From positions 1 to 43,848 of the IMG/VR virus record IMGVR_UViG_3300032231_000006: a stretch of DNA of 43,848 nucleotides. One strand, given 5' to 3'. Source of the DNA: a virus (taxonomy: Duplodnaviria; Caudoviricetes). The position numbers were made by a program, and so were the translations under genes. This document shows, in pieces, positions 35,629 through 43,540 of this stretch (position 1 is its first letter; every line of letters begins with the position of its first letter). The notes under the pieces were generated by a model that worked only from the letters and a program-made list of their open reading frames with translations, was not told the origin of the DNA and ran no database searches.

Positions 35629-36492
35629 ATGTCGATCGACCTGAAATCCCTAAGTGAAAGCCTGTTCATCCGTGGTGATGACGCGGCGGCTCGGACCATC
35701 ACGATCGGCCAGCAAGTCACGAATTCAGACGTGATTGTAGTCGACACGGCGACCTTTTCGCTATCAGCCGCGGGGGCTGTAGTGTTCGGGAGTAGCTTAA
35801 CAGCCGCGTCTGCGGCGTTGAGCGGAGCCATCACTGTCGGGACGACGCTTACGGTGGGCGGGGTGTCCACACTGACGGGAGCGGTCACAGCGGCCACCGG
35901 AATATCCTCACCCATGCAAGGCACTGACAATGAAGCTTTCGGATCGCTCGCTGGCGAGTCCTTGACGAGTGGGGCGAATAACACACTCGTTGGTGCGAAC
36001 GCCGGAAATGCCCTCTCGACACAATCGTCGAACGTTCACATCGGAAACGACGCGGGGCTTCTGTGCGAAGCGAATAACAACGTGTTCATCGGCGATGGCG
36101 CGGGCAACACAACCACGACCGGCTCGGGATGCATACTGATAGGTGCGATTCAAGCGACGGGGGCCACGACGAGCGATGAACTCCGCATTCACAACGACGC
36201 AGCAGAGACGCCCGTCATTTCTGGCACGATGGGTGTTAACAAAGTTGGCGTAAACACGTTGTCGCACAACGCGCAGATGAACGTAACAGCCGATGACGCC
36301 GACGCGTTGAACGTGCTAGAGCTTACGCAGAGTGATGATAGTGAAGCATTCATAAACTTTGCCGGTACTTCGTCGGCGGCGACGACAACGCCGCTCTCCT
36401 CTTTCACGACGCCTGGGGCTGTGGCGGGTCACCTGAAAATCGAGATTAACGGCGTCGAATATTGGCTACCTTTTTACGCGGACCCTTCCTAG
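35629..36492 (+). CDS. Tail fibre-like protein with N(T/V)x(I/V)Gxx(A)G beta-roll repeats
   Basis: NEAFGSLAG, NTLVGANAG, NVHIGNDAG, NVFIGDGAG; C-terminal I.INGV.YW.PFY. Confidence 0.7.
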   Translation: MSIDLKSLSESLFIRGDDAAARTITIGQQVTNSDVIVVDTATFSLSAAGAVVFGSSLTAASAALSGAITVGTTLTVGGVSTLTGAVTAATGISSPMQGTDNEAFGSLAGESLTSGANNTLVGANAGNALSTQSSNVHIGNDAGLLCEANNNVFIGDGAGNTTTTGSGCILIGAIQATGATTSDELRIHNDAAETPVISGTMGVNKVGVNTLSHNAQMNVTADDADALNVLELTQSDDSEAFINFAGTSSAATTTPLSSFTTPGAVAGHLKIEINGVEYWLPFYADPS

Positions 36493-36499
36493 GTTAGCT

Positions 36500-36898
36500 A
36501 TGACTAATTTTTTCAAAGCCCCTTACGGTCGCGTTGTGGTAACATCCGTGTTACCTGACGGAGAGTTCTCGAACTCTAGATCGCCTGAATCCCGAGTCCA
36601 GATAAAGAGAAGGATGACCGGAGGGGCTATCCTGTACAAGCGGTCGAGTGACCGCGAGCTTTTGAACCTACGTTACGTAGTCAGTCGCATGAAAGCGATT
36701 GAGCTTTCGCAATTCATCGCCGCTTTTCAGGCGCACGAATGGGAGCTCGTATTGCACGACGAATCTGTTTGGCGGGCTAAGCTAGTAGGTGAACCGATAA
36801 AGCAATCCGCAACGTCAAAGCGAGACAGCGGGAACGCAGCCACCGGCGACGAAGACACACAATTTGATTTTCAATTTTCAGCTATCAAGGTAAGCTAA
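36500..36898 (+). CDS. Distal tail (Dit)-like protein
   Basis: 132 aa, directly upstream of and coupled to the large tail-tip gene. Confidence 0.5.
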   Translation: MTNFFKAPYGRVVVTSVLPDGEFSNSRSPESRVQIKRRMTGGAILYKRSSDRELLNLRYVVSRMKAIELSQFIAAFQAHEWELVLHDESVWRAKLVGEPIKQSATSKRDSGNAATGDEDTQFDFQFSAIKVS

Positions 36899-39800
36899 TG
36901 GCTCGCGACGTACCTGCAAACGTGCAGACTCTGTTAGAGACCGACACAGGGCAAGAAATAATCGTAATTCTCGAAGTCTTTTGGTCGGGTTCAAACTCAT
37001 CCTCGACGTTCTACGCGGACCGGGAAATAGCCGGACACCCAGAAGTTAAATCTAGCATCTTGAGTCTGTCGAACGTAGACGCGGCTGTCCAGATTTCGCA
37101 GGGAGGCCAATCGAAGTCAGTATCAGCTACAATCGACGATACGGACGGCGAGATTAAAGAGGTGTTCGATTCGAACGACATTCACAAAGCTCCCTGTCAA
37201 GTTTGGTTCTACGTCAACGGTACAGATTTCGACACCGACAAATTTTCCATATTCCTTGGGCAAATCAACTCCCCTATAAAATGGTCGGAAGGAGAAAGGA
37301 CATTTGAGATTCAGATCATCAACAGAATCGAGGACGTTGAGGTCGGGTTCTCAGCCGAGGAAGGTGCGTTCGTCCAGCTGCCTGAAGAGCTGATCGGCCG
37401 ACCATGGCCTTTATGTTTCGGGACGGTGACTAATGTACCAGCCTTGCGAGCCGCGCCTTCTATCAGCGGTACACTTGCACGGGGCGTCGGGATCGCCGAC
37501 TTCACGCTTCAGAACAGGATCGTTCTCGCCGAGCAGATAACGTGCCCACAGACGCCGATAGGCTTCAAGTGCGCGACATCCGGCCCTAGTTTCCAAACGT
37601 CCTGCACTGTCGCTTACGAGCAAGACGCCTCGTGCCAACAAGCAAGATGCCTTGAGCTCGAACGCACCAAACTAAGATTACAAGAAGAGAAGCAATTCGA
37701 GTACGACCACATAATCGTCTTCGGCGGTGAAAAATTCCCACAAGGGTTCCAAGCACACCATGTGGCGAGTGGTCGCGGCGGAGGTCCCGGAACTTCGGGG
37801 CCGCTGCCAAGCGGCGGAGGTAGCGGGACGCTAGGTTCTAACGCGTCGCAACTGCTCACGCTCAACATTAACGGGGGCTTATTCGATGGGTTCTTTGATG
37901 GGACTCCGGCGAACCCGTCGAACCGTTTCGTGATCCGAGGGCGACAGCACCCGCTATATGATCCAGCGACCGGCACTGTGAAACGGACCGAGATAGAGGC
38001 AGAATTAGAATCACTGTGCTCCGGCGGTTTCGGTGGGGGCGAGGACTCCGATTACATTGACGGGTTCAACGGACCTCTATATACAGGTCTTCGATCGTCC
38101 CGGATTAGCTGGGAAAATTATCGAAACGCTGACCGCGCAAATTTCTTTTGGTCGCGAGGCGGATCGACAGTCACGCTTGAGTCGTCGAAAGAGATCGTGT
38201 ATATCGCGAATCTAGTCCCATCGACTATTCTCTCTGTTAAAGCGAAGAGATTCTTAAACGGAGCGGAGTTCCTGGTGACAGTCCCTTCAGAGTTTTATGA
38301 AGTCCGGCAGGTGGATTTCAACGGCTACGACGTTATGGAGATCGTTTTTCAGCGGCCCTTGTCGTCGGAAAACCAAGCCGAGGGGGGTGGTTGGTCTGAC
38401 GAGATATTCGTCACACAAACAAGTAGCGTCGGGCCGAATACCGTTGACATCATCCGTTGGTTCATCGAGACGTACACCGATTTCGCCATAGATTCGACCT
38501 CATTCAACACGGTCCGAGACGAGATCGACACGTACCGTATGGACTTCCCTTTGCTGACCCGGCCTAACATCATTAACATCCTGCAGAGCATCGCACGTCT
38601 GGCGCGGTGCGCAATATGGCAGCGGGATGACACGTTTTTCATAAAGTACCTCGCGAAAGAACCGACCGCGATCACGTCGATCGAAGAGTCAGACGTCTTG
38701 AAGTCCGGCGACGCGGGTGAAGGCCCTGGAACGCTCGTTATCACAACGACGGCTACGAATGACCTAGTGACGGACTCGACGGCGACGTGGAGAAAAGATC
38801 ATGCGATTCCTGAGCCGAACAAATCAATACTGCGGCACAACGTGAATCGATATGGCACACATGACGCGGAGGAGTCCTACTTCACGTTCGCGTTCTTGGA
38901 TCTCGTTCGAAAGTCCCAAACATTTTGGCTGATCCGATCTGCGAACACCTGGAAGAAACTAGCAATCACAGTATCGTTAGAGTTCGCGTTTCTCGAACCT
39001 TTCGATGCTGTGTTGGTGGATATCCCTTCGATCGCGAATAGGCCTGTGATGTGCGTAATCGAAAGGGCGGTTCTGGACTCGAAAGGGAAGCACGTAAACC
39101 TCGAAATCTGGACACCTGTAAAACTCGGAGAAATGGAAGCCTACGATTTCGCATTCCCTGCGAATATCTCGGAACACGCCCTCTACCCGACTATAGAGGA
39201 CCGAAACGCGAAGCACGCAGGATCAGGAAAGGAGCCTAACTTCTCGGTTATCGCGCCGCCCGGCCATCCTATGACGCCCGACCAGAACAACGTAATCTCC
39301 GGGTTCGGACTCGGCTGCAATGGTGATGGGTCAGCTTCGTTTATCGACGGGTGTCGGCAAGACTTTGGAGACCAGAAGCCTAGCGACATCGGTGATAAAA
39401 AACCTACGCCGGACACGTCGGTCGACCAGACGGGTAGCGTTTCGTCAAGGTCTTCACCGATCTCAAATGGGGCAGGAGACGGTCCTTTTTCTGTCAACAG
39501 ATTCGTGGAAGACTGGGCGAAAAAAACAGAGGGTGACTCCGGCCGAGCTCGCGAGACCGCAGAGACAGGGGGCTCCGGGTCCTCTGTAAATGACGGCGGG
39601 GACGGCAAGACTCAAAACCCACAAACCCACGATGGGGGCGACTTAACTGAGGATGACCTGAACAGTTTACCGGATGCGGAGGATGAAAGCCTAGACTGTA
39701 GATTCACAGTCACGGTCACCGGCTTCCCCACGAAAGATTTCGGCAGTAAAATCGGCGGACGAACTGTCTGCGTACCTTCCGGCCAGGCACAAACGGAGAA

Positions 39801-40008
39801 GTACGCATTCGATTCCCTGGCAGCGGCTCTGGTCTTCTGCGAGACGATCAAAGGTGGGCCGAGTTGCAAGGGATACGCACCTTGCGGAAAGTGTATTAAC
39901 GGCTGCGGGCTTTCGAGCACGCATTGCCCTGACGGTAATGAGGGACCGGGAAACATTATCGGATTCACCCCCGACCCCGGCGGTGGACCTCCACTGATTC
40001 TCCAATAG
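36898..40008 (+). CDS. Tail tip / baseplate hub protein with Cys-rich insert and C-terminus
   Basis: IFLG.I, GRPWPLCFG.V.NVP, LEPFD.V hub motifs; 1036 aa. Confidence 0.7.
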   Translation: MARDVPANVQTLLETDTGQEIIVILEVFWSGSNSSSTFYADREIAGHPEVKSSILSLSNVDAAVQISQGGQSKSVSATIDDTDGEIKEVFDSNDIHKAPCQVWFYVNGTDFDTDKFSIFLGQINSPIKWSEGERTFEIQIINRIEDVEVGFSAEEGAFVQLPEELIGRPWPLCFGTVTNVPALRAAPSISGTLARGVGIADFTLQNRIVLAEQITCPQTPIGFKCATSGPSFQTSCTVAYEQDASCQQARCLELERTKLRLQEEKQFEYDHIIVFGGEKFPQGFQAHHVASGRGGGPGTSGPLPSGGGSGTLGSNASQLLTLNINGGLFDGFFDGTPANPSNRFVIRGRQHPLYDPATGTVKRTEIEAELESLCSGGFGGGEDSDYIDGFNGPLYTGLRSSRISWENYRNADRANFFWSRGGSTVTLESSKEIVYIANLVPSTILSVKAKRFLNGAEFLVTVPSEFYEVRQVDFNGYDVMEIVFQRPLSSENQAEGGGWSDEIFVTQTSSVGPNTVDIIRWFIETYTDFAIDSTSFNTVRDEIDTYRMDFPLLTRPNIINILQSIARLARCAIWQRDDTFFIKYLAKEPTAITSIEESDVLKSGDAGEGPGTLVITTTATNDLVTDSTATWRKDHAIPEPNKSILRHNVNRYGTHDAEESYFTFAFLDLVRKSQTFWLIRSANTWKKLAITVSLEFAFLEPFDAVLVDIPSIANRPVMCVIERAVLDSKGKHVNLEIWTPVKLGEMEAYDFAFPANISEHALYPTIEDRNAKHAGSGKEPNFSVIAPPGHPMTPDQNNVISGFGLGCNGDGSASFIDGCRQDFGDQKPSDIGDKKPTPDTSVDQTGSVSSRSSPISNGAGDGPFSVNRFVEDWAKKTEGDSGRARETAETGGSGSSVNDGGDGKTQNPQTHDGGDLTEDDLNSLPDAEDESLDCRFTVTVTGFPTKDFGSKIGGRTVCVPSGQAQTEKYAFDSLAAALVFCETIKGGPSCKGYAPCGKCINGCGLSSTHCPDGNEGPGNIIGFTPDPGGGPPLILQ

Positions 40009-40017
40009 GAAGAAGCT

Positions 40018-40446
40018 ATGTCGAAATCAGTAAACGAGTTGTTTCTCCCGTGCGCGATGCGAACGCAATTGACGGCATTCGCCAAAGATGGCACAAAACG
40101 CAAAGTGCAGCGGTGCGGCGAGCCGACAGCGGACCATAACACCAAAGACGTCACGCCAGAGGTTTGCGAATCGTGCCCCGTGCGGGCTGAAGTTACGCTA
40201 AAAGCTATGGAGCTGAATCGGTACAAACCTCCACTGCTGGATGAGACGCACACGGTTGTCAGTAAACGGAAATTTACGGAAGCTGTTCTGCCGTGGCTGC
40301 CATGCCAAGATCGAGAGCTGGCGCAGGTGCAAGCATGTTGCGGGCAAAACCTCGACCTACCTATCTGCGGATCGGTCGACTGTTTCCGGCTCGGATCGTC
40401 AATCCATCCCGGCCACTGCCAAGAGTGCGCGAATCGAAAGCCATAA
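40018..40446 (+). CDS. Cys-rich protein with two internal repeats
   Basis: 11 Cys in 142 aa; LPCxxR..CG..CxxCxxR occurs twice. Confidence 0.7.
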   Translation: MSKSVNELFLPCAMRTQLTAFAKDGTKRKVQRCGEPTADHNTKDVTPEVCESCPVRAEVTLKAMELNRYKPPLLDETHTVVSKRKFTEAVLPWLPCQDRELAQVQACCGQNLDLPICGSVDCFRLGSSIHPGHCQECANRKP

Positions 40447-40488
40447 CGAAAAACAGGCCGCAAGGATCATCGACCCCTTGCGACCTGT
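40447..40488 (-). terminator. Terminator between the convergent gene blocks
   Basis: ACAGG-C-CGCAAGG..CCTTGCG-A-CCTGT stem; T-run on the minus strand. Confidence 0.65.
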
Positions 40489-40503
40489 GCGGCACTTTTT
40501 GGC

Positions 40504-40698
40504 TTAAGCGTTCCGTGGCGATCCAAAGACCGCGAAAATTGCAATCAGCATAATCAAGACCGAGCCGAAAATTACGGTCGGGTCCGTCGCGAAAAAGACT
40601 TCGCTGACGGCTTCGCTCGATTTTGGGAGCACGAAGTAGAGAATCCCAAGCAAAAAAGAAGCTACTACCGCGTTGAGAATCATTGTGAATCGTTCCAT
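40504..40698 (-). CDS. Small two-TM membrane protein (64 aa)
   Basis: ATG at 40698, two hydrophobic helices, own promoter and terminator. Confidence 0.7.
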   Translation of the reverse strand: MERFTMILNAVVASFLLGILYFVLPKSSEAVSEVFFATDPTVIFGSVLIMLIAIFAVFGSPRNA

Positions 40699-40722
40699 TG
40701 TTTTTCGCCTTTTCAAAGTGCC

Positions 40723-40767
40723 GTTTTGGTTACACTAAAACATACAACCAAAACTAGATCGAGTCAA
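40723..40767 (-). promoter_or_regulatory. Sigma70-like promoter TTGACT-N17-TATGTT overlapped by a 9-bp inverted repeat
   Basis: -35 at 40767-40762, -10 at 40744-40739; arms GTTTTGGTT (40723-40731) and AACCAAAAC (40746-40754). Confidence 0.6.
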
Positions 40768-40781
40768 ATAATCTGGGTGGA

Positions 40782-41246
40782 TTAGACGTCGTCAAGGTAA
40801 CCGTAGTTCAAAATTGATGCTGATTTGCACCATCGTGACATTGTTGAGGCGTTTACGCCTACATACTGAGCCGCTTTTCTCACGGAGCTGAAAATCATAG
40901 AAAGTTCTGGGTCATCTTCGACGAACAAGAACACTGCCTTCGATTGACCCCCTCCCTGCCACGTAGCGGGGTCTCGCGACTTCAAAAGCTTCGGGGACGC
41001 GTAACGCTGTCGAAGCCCCATCACAGCGGCCTGAGCCATCCCCTTTGCGCATAAGCGAGGTCCGTAGCCCTCGCGGCTTGGCTCGGTGACGTGATCCCGC
41101 AGCCAACAGCCAAGCTCGGAGTTGTCGGTGAACCGCCCGTTCCATTTATCTAAGGCGGGGTGAACATCTACGAACCGACCGTACCCTACGTACCGGACGT
41201 TGCCCTGATCGTCTCGCCAGATCCATATTGCGTGAGTGCGTTGCAT
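40782..41246 (-). CDS. Degenerate GIY-YIG-like domain plus NUMOD1-type HTH
   Basis: AIWIWRD..VRYVGYG; KAVFLF..IFSSVRKAA..GV..STMSRWC..YGY. Confidence 0.65.
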   Translation of the reverse strand: MQRTHAIWIWRDDQGNVRYVGYGRFVDVHPALDKWNGRFTDNSELGCWLRDHVTEPSREGYGPRLCAKGMAQAAVMGLRQRYASPKLLKSRDPATWQGGGQSKAVFLFVEDDPELSMIFSSVRKAAQYVGVNASTMSRWCKSASILNYGYLDDV

Positions 41247-41248
41247 TT

Positions 41249-41482
41249 TTAGATCTCTTTCTTTGTCGTCAGATCGGTTACGAATGTGTCCCCCACACGC
41301 CCAACAGAGTGCCAATCGATCACCCGATATCGACGACCCCGCTCATCTTGTATTACCGACCACTTACCGCTAAGTATTATCTTAACAGTGTGATAATCTT
41401 TTGGCGGGGGCTCACTGCACCCGGCGAACACAGCCAAAAGAGTACAGACTAATAGCGATATCGCGAGGTTTTTGAATTGCAT
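41249..41482 (-). CDS. Small lipoprotein
   Basis: Signal peptide ending in lipobox FAGC. Confidence 0.7.
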   Translation of the reverse strand: MQFKNLAISLLVCTLLAVFAGCSEPPPKDYHTVKIILSGKWSVIQDERGRRYRVIDWHSVGRVGDTFVTDLTTKKEI

Positions 41483-41523
41483 TCTTTTTCACTTTCAGGC
41501 CGATTCAGCCGCTAATGTGTAAT

Positions 41524-41790
41524 CTATTGGTCTCTTCGGTAACCGAGCCGCCAAAGTACCCTGGCGAGATCAGTAGCGAATTCATCAACGTGCTCTTCAT
41601 CTAAGCTGTCGAATCCGGCGTGGAGACATTCGTGGATTATTGTGTTTAATTCATTGACCCCGCGAAGCTTCGCCGCGACCTTGATTTTCTTACCTTTGAC
41701 GCCGGGGCGATCGCAGGACCCCCACTGCTTAGTCACGTCGAATTGAGTGCGGACGAAGTCCCACATTTTTCCCTTGATCTTAATTCTCAT
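41524..41790 (-). CDS. Small HExxH zincin-like protein
   Basis: WG.C, NTIIHECLHA..EE.V; ATGA coupling. Confidence 0.7.
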   Translation of the reverse strand: MRIKIKGKMWDFVRTQFDVTKQWGSCDRPGVKGKKIKVAAKLRGVNELNTIIHECLHAGFDSLDEEHVDEFATDLARVLWRLGYRRDQ

Positions 41791-42038
41791 TTGCAATCCG
41801 TGGACCCTCGTTTGTGCTCACCTCGACATGATAAGAAAACCCTTCCAACCCCTTCAGCTGCGTCACTCCACGCGTCCAGACATTCAGGGTGGCACTTTAC
41901 TTTCTCGATAGTGTTGTCGCCAACCCACGTCCAATAACAATAACGCGACCCTTCCATTATAGTCTCATCGCACCAGTAGCACCGATGGGTTTTTCGGCAT
42001 TTTTTCACCACGCCTCCAGATAGTAGTACGCCACTCAT
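41787..42038 (-). CDS. Small zinc-binding hypothetical protein
   Basis: RKTHRCYWC..I..G..Y..CHPEC. Confidence 0.65.
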   Translation of the reverse strand: MSGVLLSGGVVKKCRKTHRCYWCDETIMEGSRYCYWTWVGDNTIEKVKCHPECLDAWSDAAEGVGRVFLSCRGEHKRGSTDCK

Positions 42039-42053
42039 TCGTTTAGCTCGTCC

Positions 42054-42800
42054 CTATTTAGATCCAAATCGTCCATGTTCTTCGACTACTTTCTTATAAG
42101 TGGTTTCGGATTTTTCGATCGTTGTACATTGCCGACCAATCTTTTTGCACACACGTAAGGTCGTCCCGGTCCCGCAAAACGGATCGAGGACGTGCTGGCC
42201 CGGCAGCGTGTTGAGTTTGATGCACCGCTCGACTAGGTCTTCGTTGAGCTGCGTTGGACACCATTTGCGGCGTTGTTTGCTGTTACCCACAACTCGCGAA
42301 TAGTCGAAAAACGAATCGTCAATTTCAACGTAGTGGTCGAGCGAATCACCAGGGACCTTGCCACCCTTCTTTGCCCGTTTGTCGCAGTTCAGTTCACGCC
42401 ATGAGGGTATCTTGACGGCTTGGGGGTACTCAAGGGCGTCTCTATGTTGGAGTCGCCATAGTGGTCGGTGTGCGTTGCCTATGGCGTTTCTATTTTGGCG
42501 GTAGAAAGTGAACGTCTGGACGAACGGTTTGAAATCGTACTCGTGGACAGATGCTGAATACGAAAAGGCTTCAGCAAAATCAAGCGTCCATCGCGAGTTA
42601 AACGACACCCAAACTACCGGCGCGAATTCGCAGAAAGTTAAGAGGCAAGATTCGAACCAAGCGGCGTAATCGTTGTCCGGTTGCGAATCCTTAAAACCTT
42701 CGTACCTGAGACCGATGTTATCAGGCGGATCTGCGAAGATCATATCACACTTAGTTAAATTGTCCAGGCAGTCGCCGTGGATGATTTCATATTTCAACAC
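42054..42800 (-). CDS. Beta-class N6A/N4C DNA methyltransferase with atypical DPPD motif
   Basis: IHGDCL, FADPPDNIG, PTQL, VLDPFCGTGTT; GGAGG RBS before the GTG. Confidence 0.85.
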   Translation of the reverse strand: MLKYEIIHGDCLDNLTKCDMIFADPPDNIGLRYEGFKDSQPDNDYAAWFESCLLTFCEFAPVVWVSFNSRWTLDFAEAFSYSASVHEYDFKPFVQTFTFYRQNRNAIGNAHRPLWRLQHRDALEYPQAVKIPSWRELNCDKRAKKGGKVPGDSLDHYVEIDDSFFDYSRVVGNSKQRRKWCPTQLNEDLVERCIKLNTLPGQHVLDPFCGTGTTLRVCKKIGRQCTTIEKSETTYKKVVEEHGRFGSK

Positions 42801-42903
42801 TTAGGCCTCCACTTCGCGAGCCTATCGTCCCTGAGATCGTCGCACCAATTGCAGGTATCAGATACACCTCGTCCTCCTCTCCTAAAAGAGATAAGTAATT
42901 GCG

Positions 42904-43053
42904 TTAGTAACGGGGGTCGTTGATTTTCCGCAGATACGCTTTCCGCACGATATCGCGACGGCGAAATTCAAGGAAAACCAAAAGCCCGAAGAACGTCCAC
43001 GACAACCCGGCGCCGACAGCGGCGCCCAGCAAAACTGCGATCTCGTAACTCAT
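42904..43053 (-). CDS. Small single-TM protein (49 aa, MSYEIAVLLG..DPRY)
   Basis: GGAGGTGA RBS, hydrophobic helix then basic tail; below the ORF-track cutoff. Confidence 0.65.
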   Translation of the reverse strand: MSYEIAVLLGAAVGAGLSWTFFGLLVFLEFRRRDIVRKAYLRKINDPRY

Positions 43054-43112
43054 CGGTCACCTCCGGACAACTTCGTGAAAACTACCTTCAAGCTCCGCAC
43101 CATTTCATACAT
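43050..43112 (-). CDS. Possible 20-aa peptide MYEMVRSLKVVFTKLSGGDR
   Basis: AAAGGA upstream, ATGA overlap with the next gene. Confidence 0.3.
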   Translation of the reverse strand: MYEMVRSLKVVFTKLSGGDR

Positions 43113-43118
43113 TTTTCA

Positions 43119-43152
43119 AATTCCTTTACTTGTTGAATTCCTTTACTTGTTG
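43119..43152. repeat. 17-bp tandem duplication AATTCCTTTACTTGTTG x2
   Basis: Directly visible. Confidence 0.92.
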
Positions 43153-43162
43153 ACCGCCAACG

Positions 43163-43540
43163 CTACTCCGCCCACCTCGCCAGCATGTCGTCGGTGAGCA
43201 TGTCGTCGGTGAGCATGTCAGCCGCCATACCAATGATAGCGTTGCCTCGCGGAGTAGGTCGAAAGATATCCACCGGACCTACGCGGCCAGTGATGGCCCC
43301 CGGTGGACGAGTGACCCTTTCGATAAGCCCAGCATGTTCCAGAGATGTCAAAATTGCGTAATCGTGCTCCATTTCACCCCCTAGCTCGTCTTCGCAGATC
43401 ACCAGATGGTTGTTGCACTCTATGAGTCTTTCGAGGCGGCGGGCCGATAGGATACTATCGATCCAACCCCTGCTCTTCGTGCGCGGGTTATCGTGCTGGC
43501 TCACGCCTTCACTGTTTGACCTGTTCACTATTTTCCCCAA
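43163..43540 (-). CDS. Winged-helix-like hypothetical protein (start uncertain)
   Basis: L..LE.AGLIERV..F..T..G wing pattern. Confidence 0.5.
   Translation of the reverse strand: MGKIVNRSNSEGVSQHDNPRTKSRGWIDSILSARRLERLIECNNHLVICEDELGGEMEHDYAILTSLEHAGLIERVTRPPGAITGRVGPVDIFRPTPRGNAIIGMAADMLTDDMLTDDMLARWAE
43182..43219. repeat. 15-bp tandem repeat AGCATGTCGTCGGTG x2.5 (encodes DMLTD repeats on the minus strand)
   Basis: Directly visible. Confidence 0.9.

Noticed and set aside
41249-41482. Lipoprotein as o-spanin
   Set aside because: It is on the opposite strand, far from the holins, and has no overlapping or adjacent i-spanin
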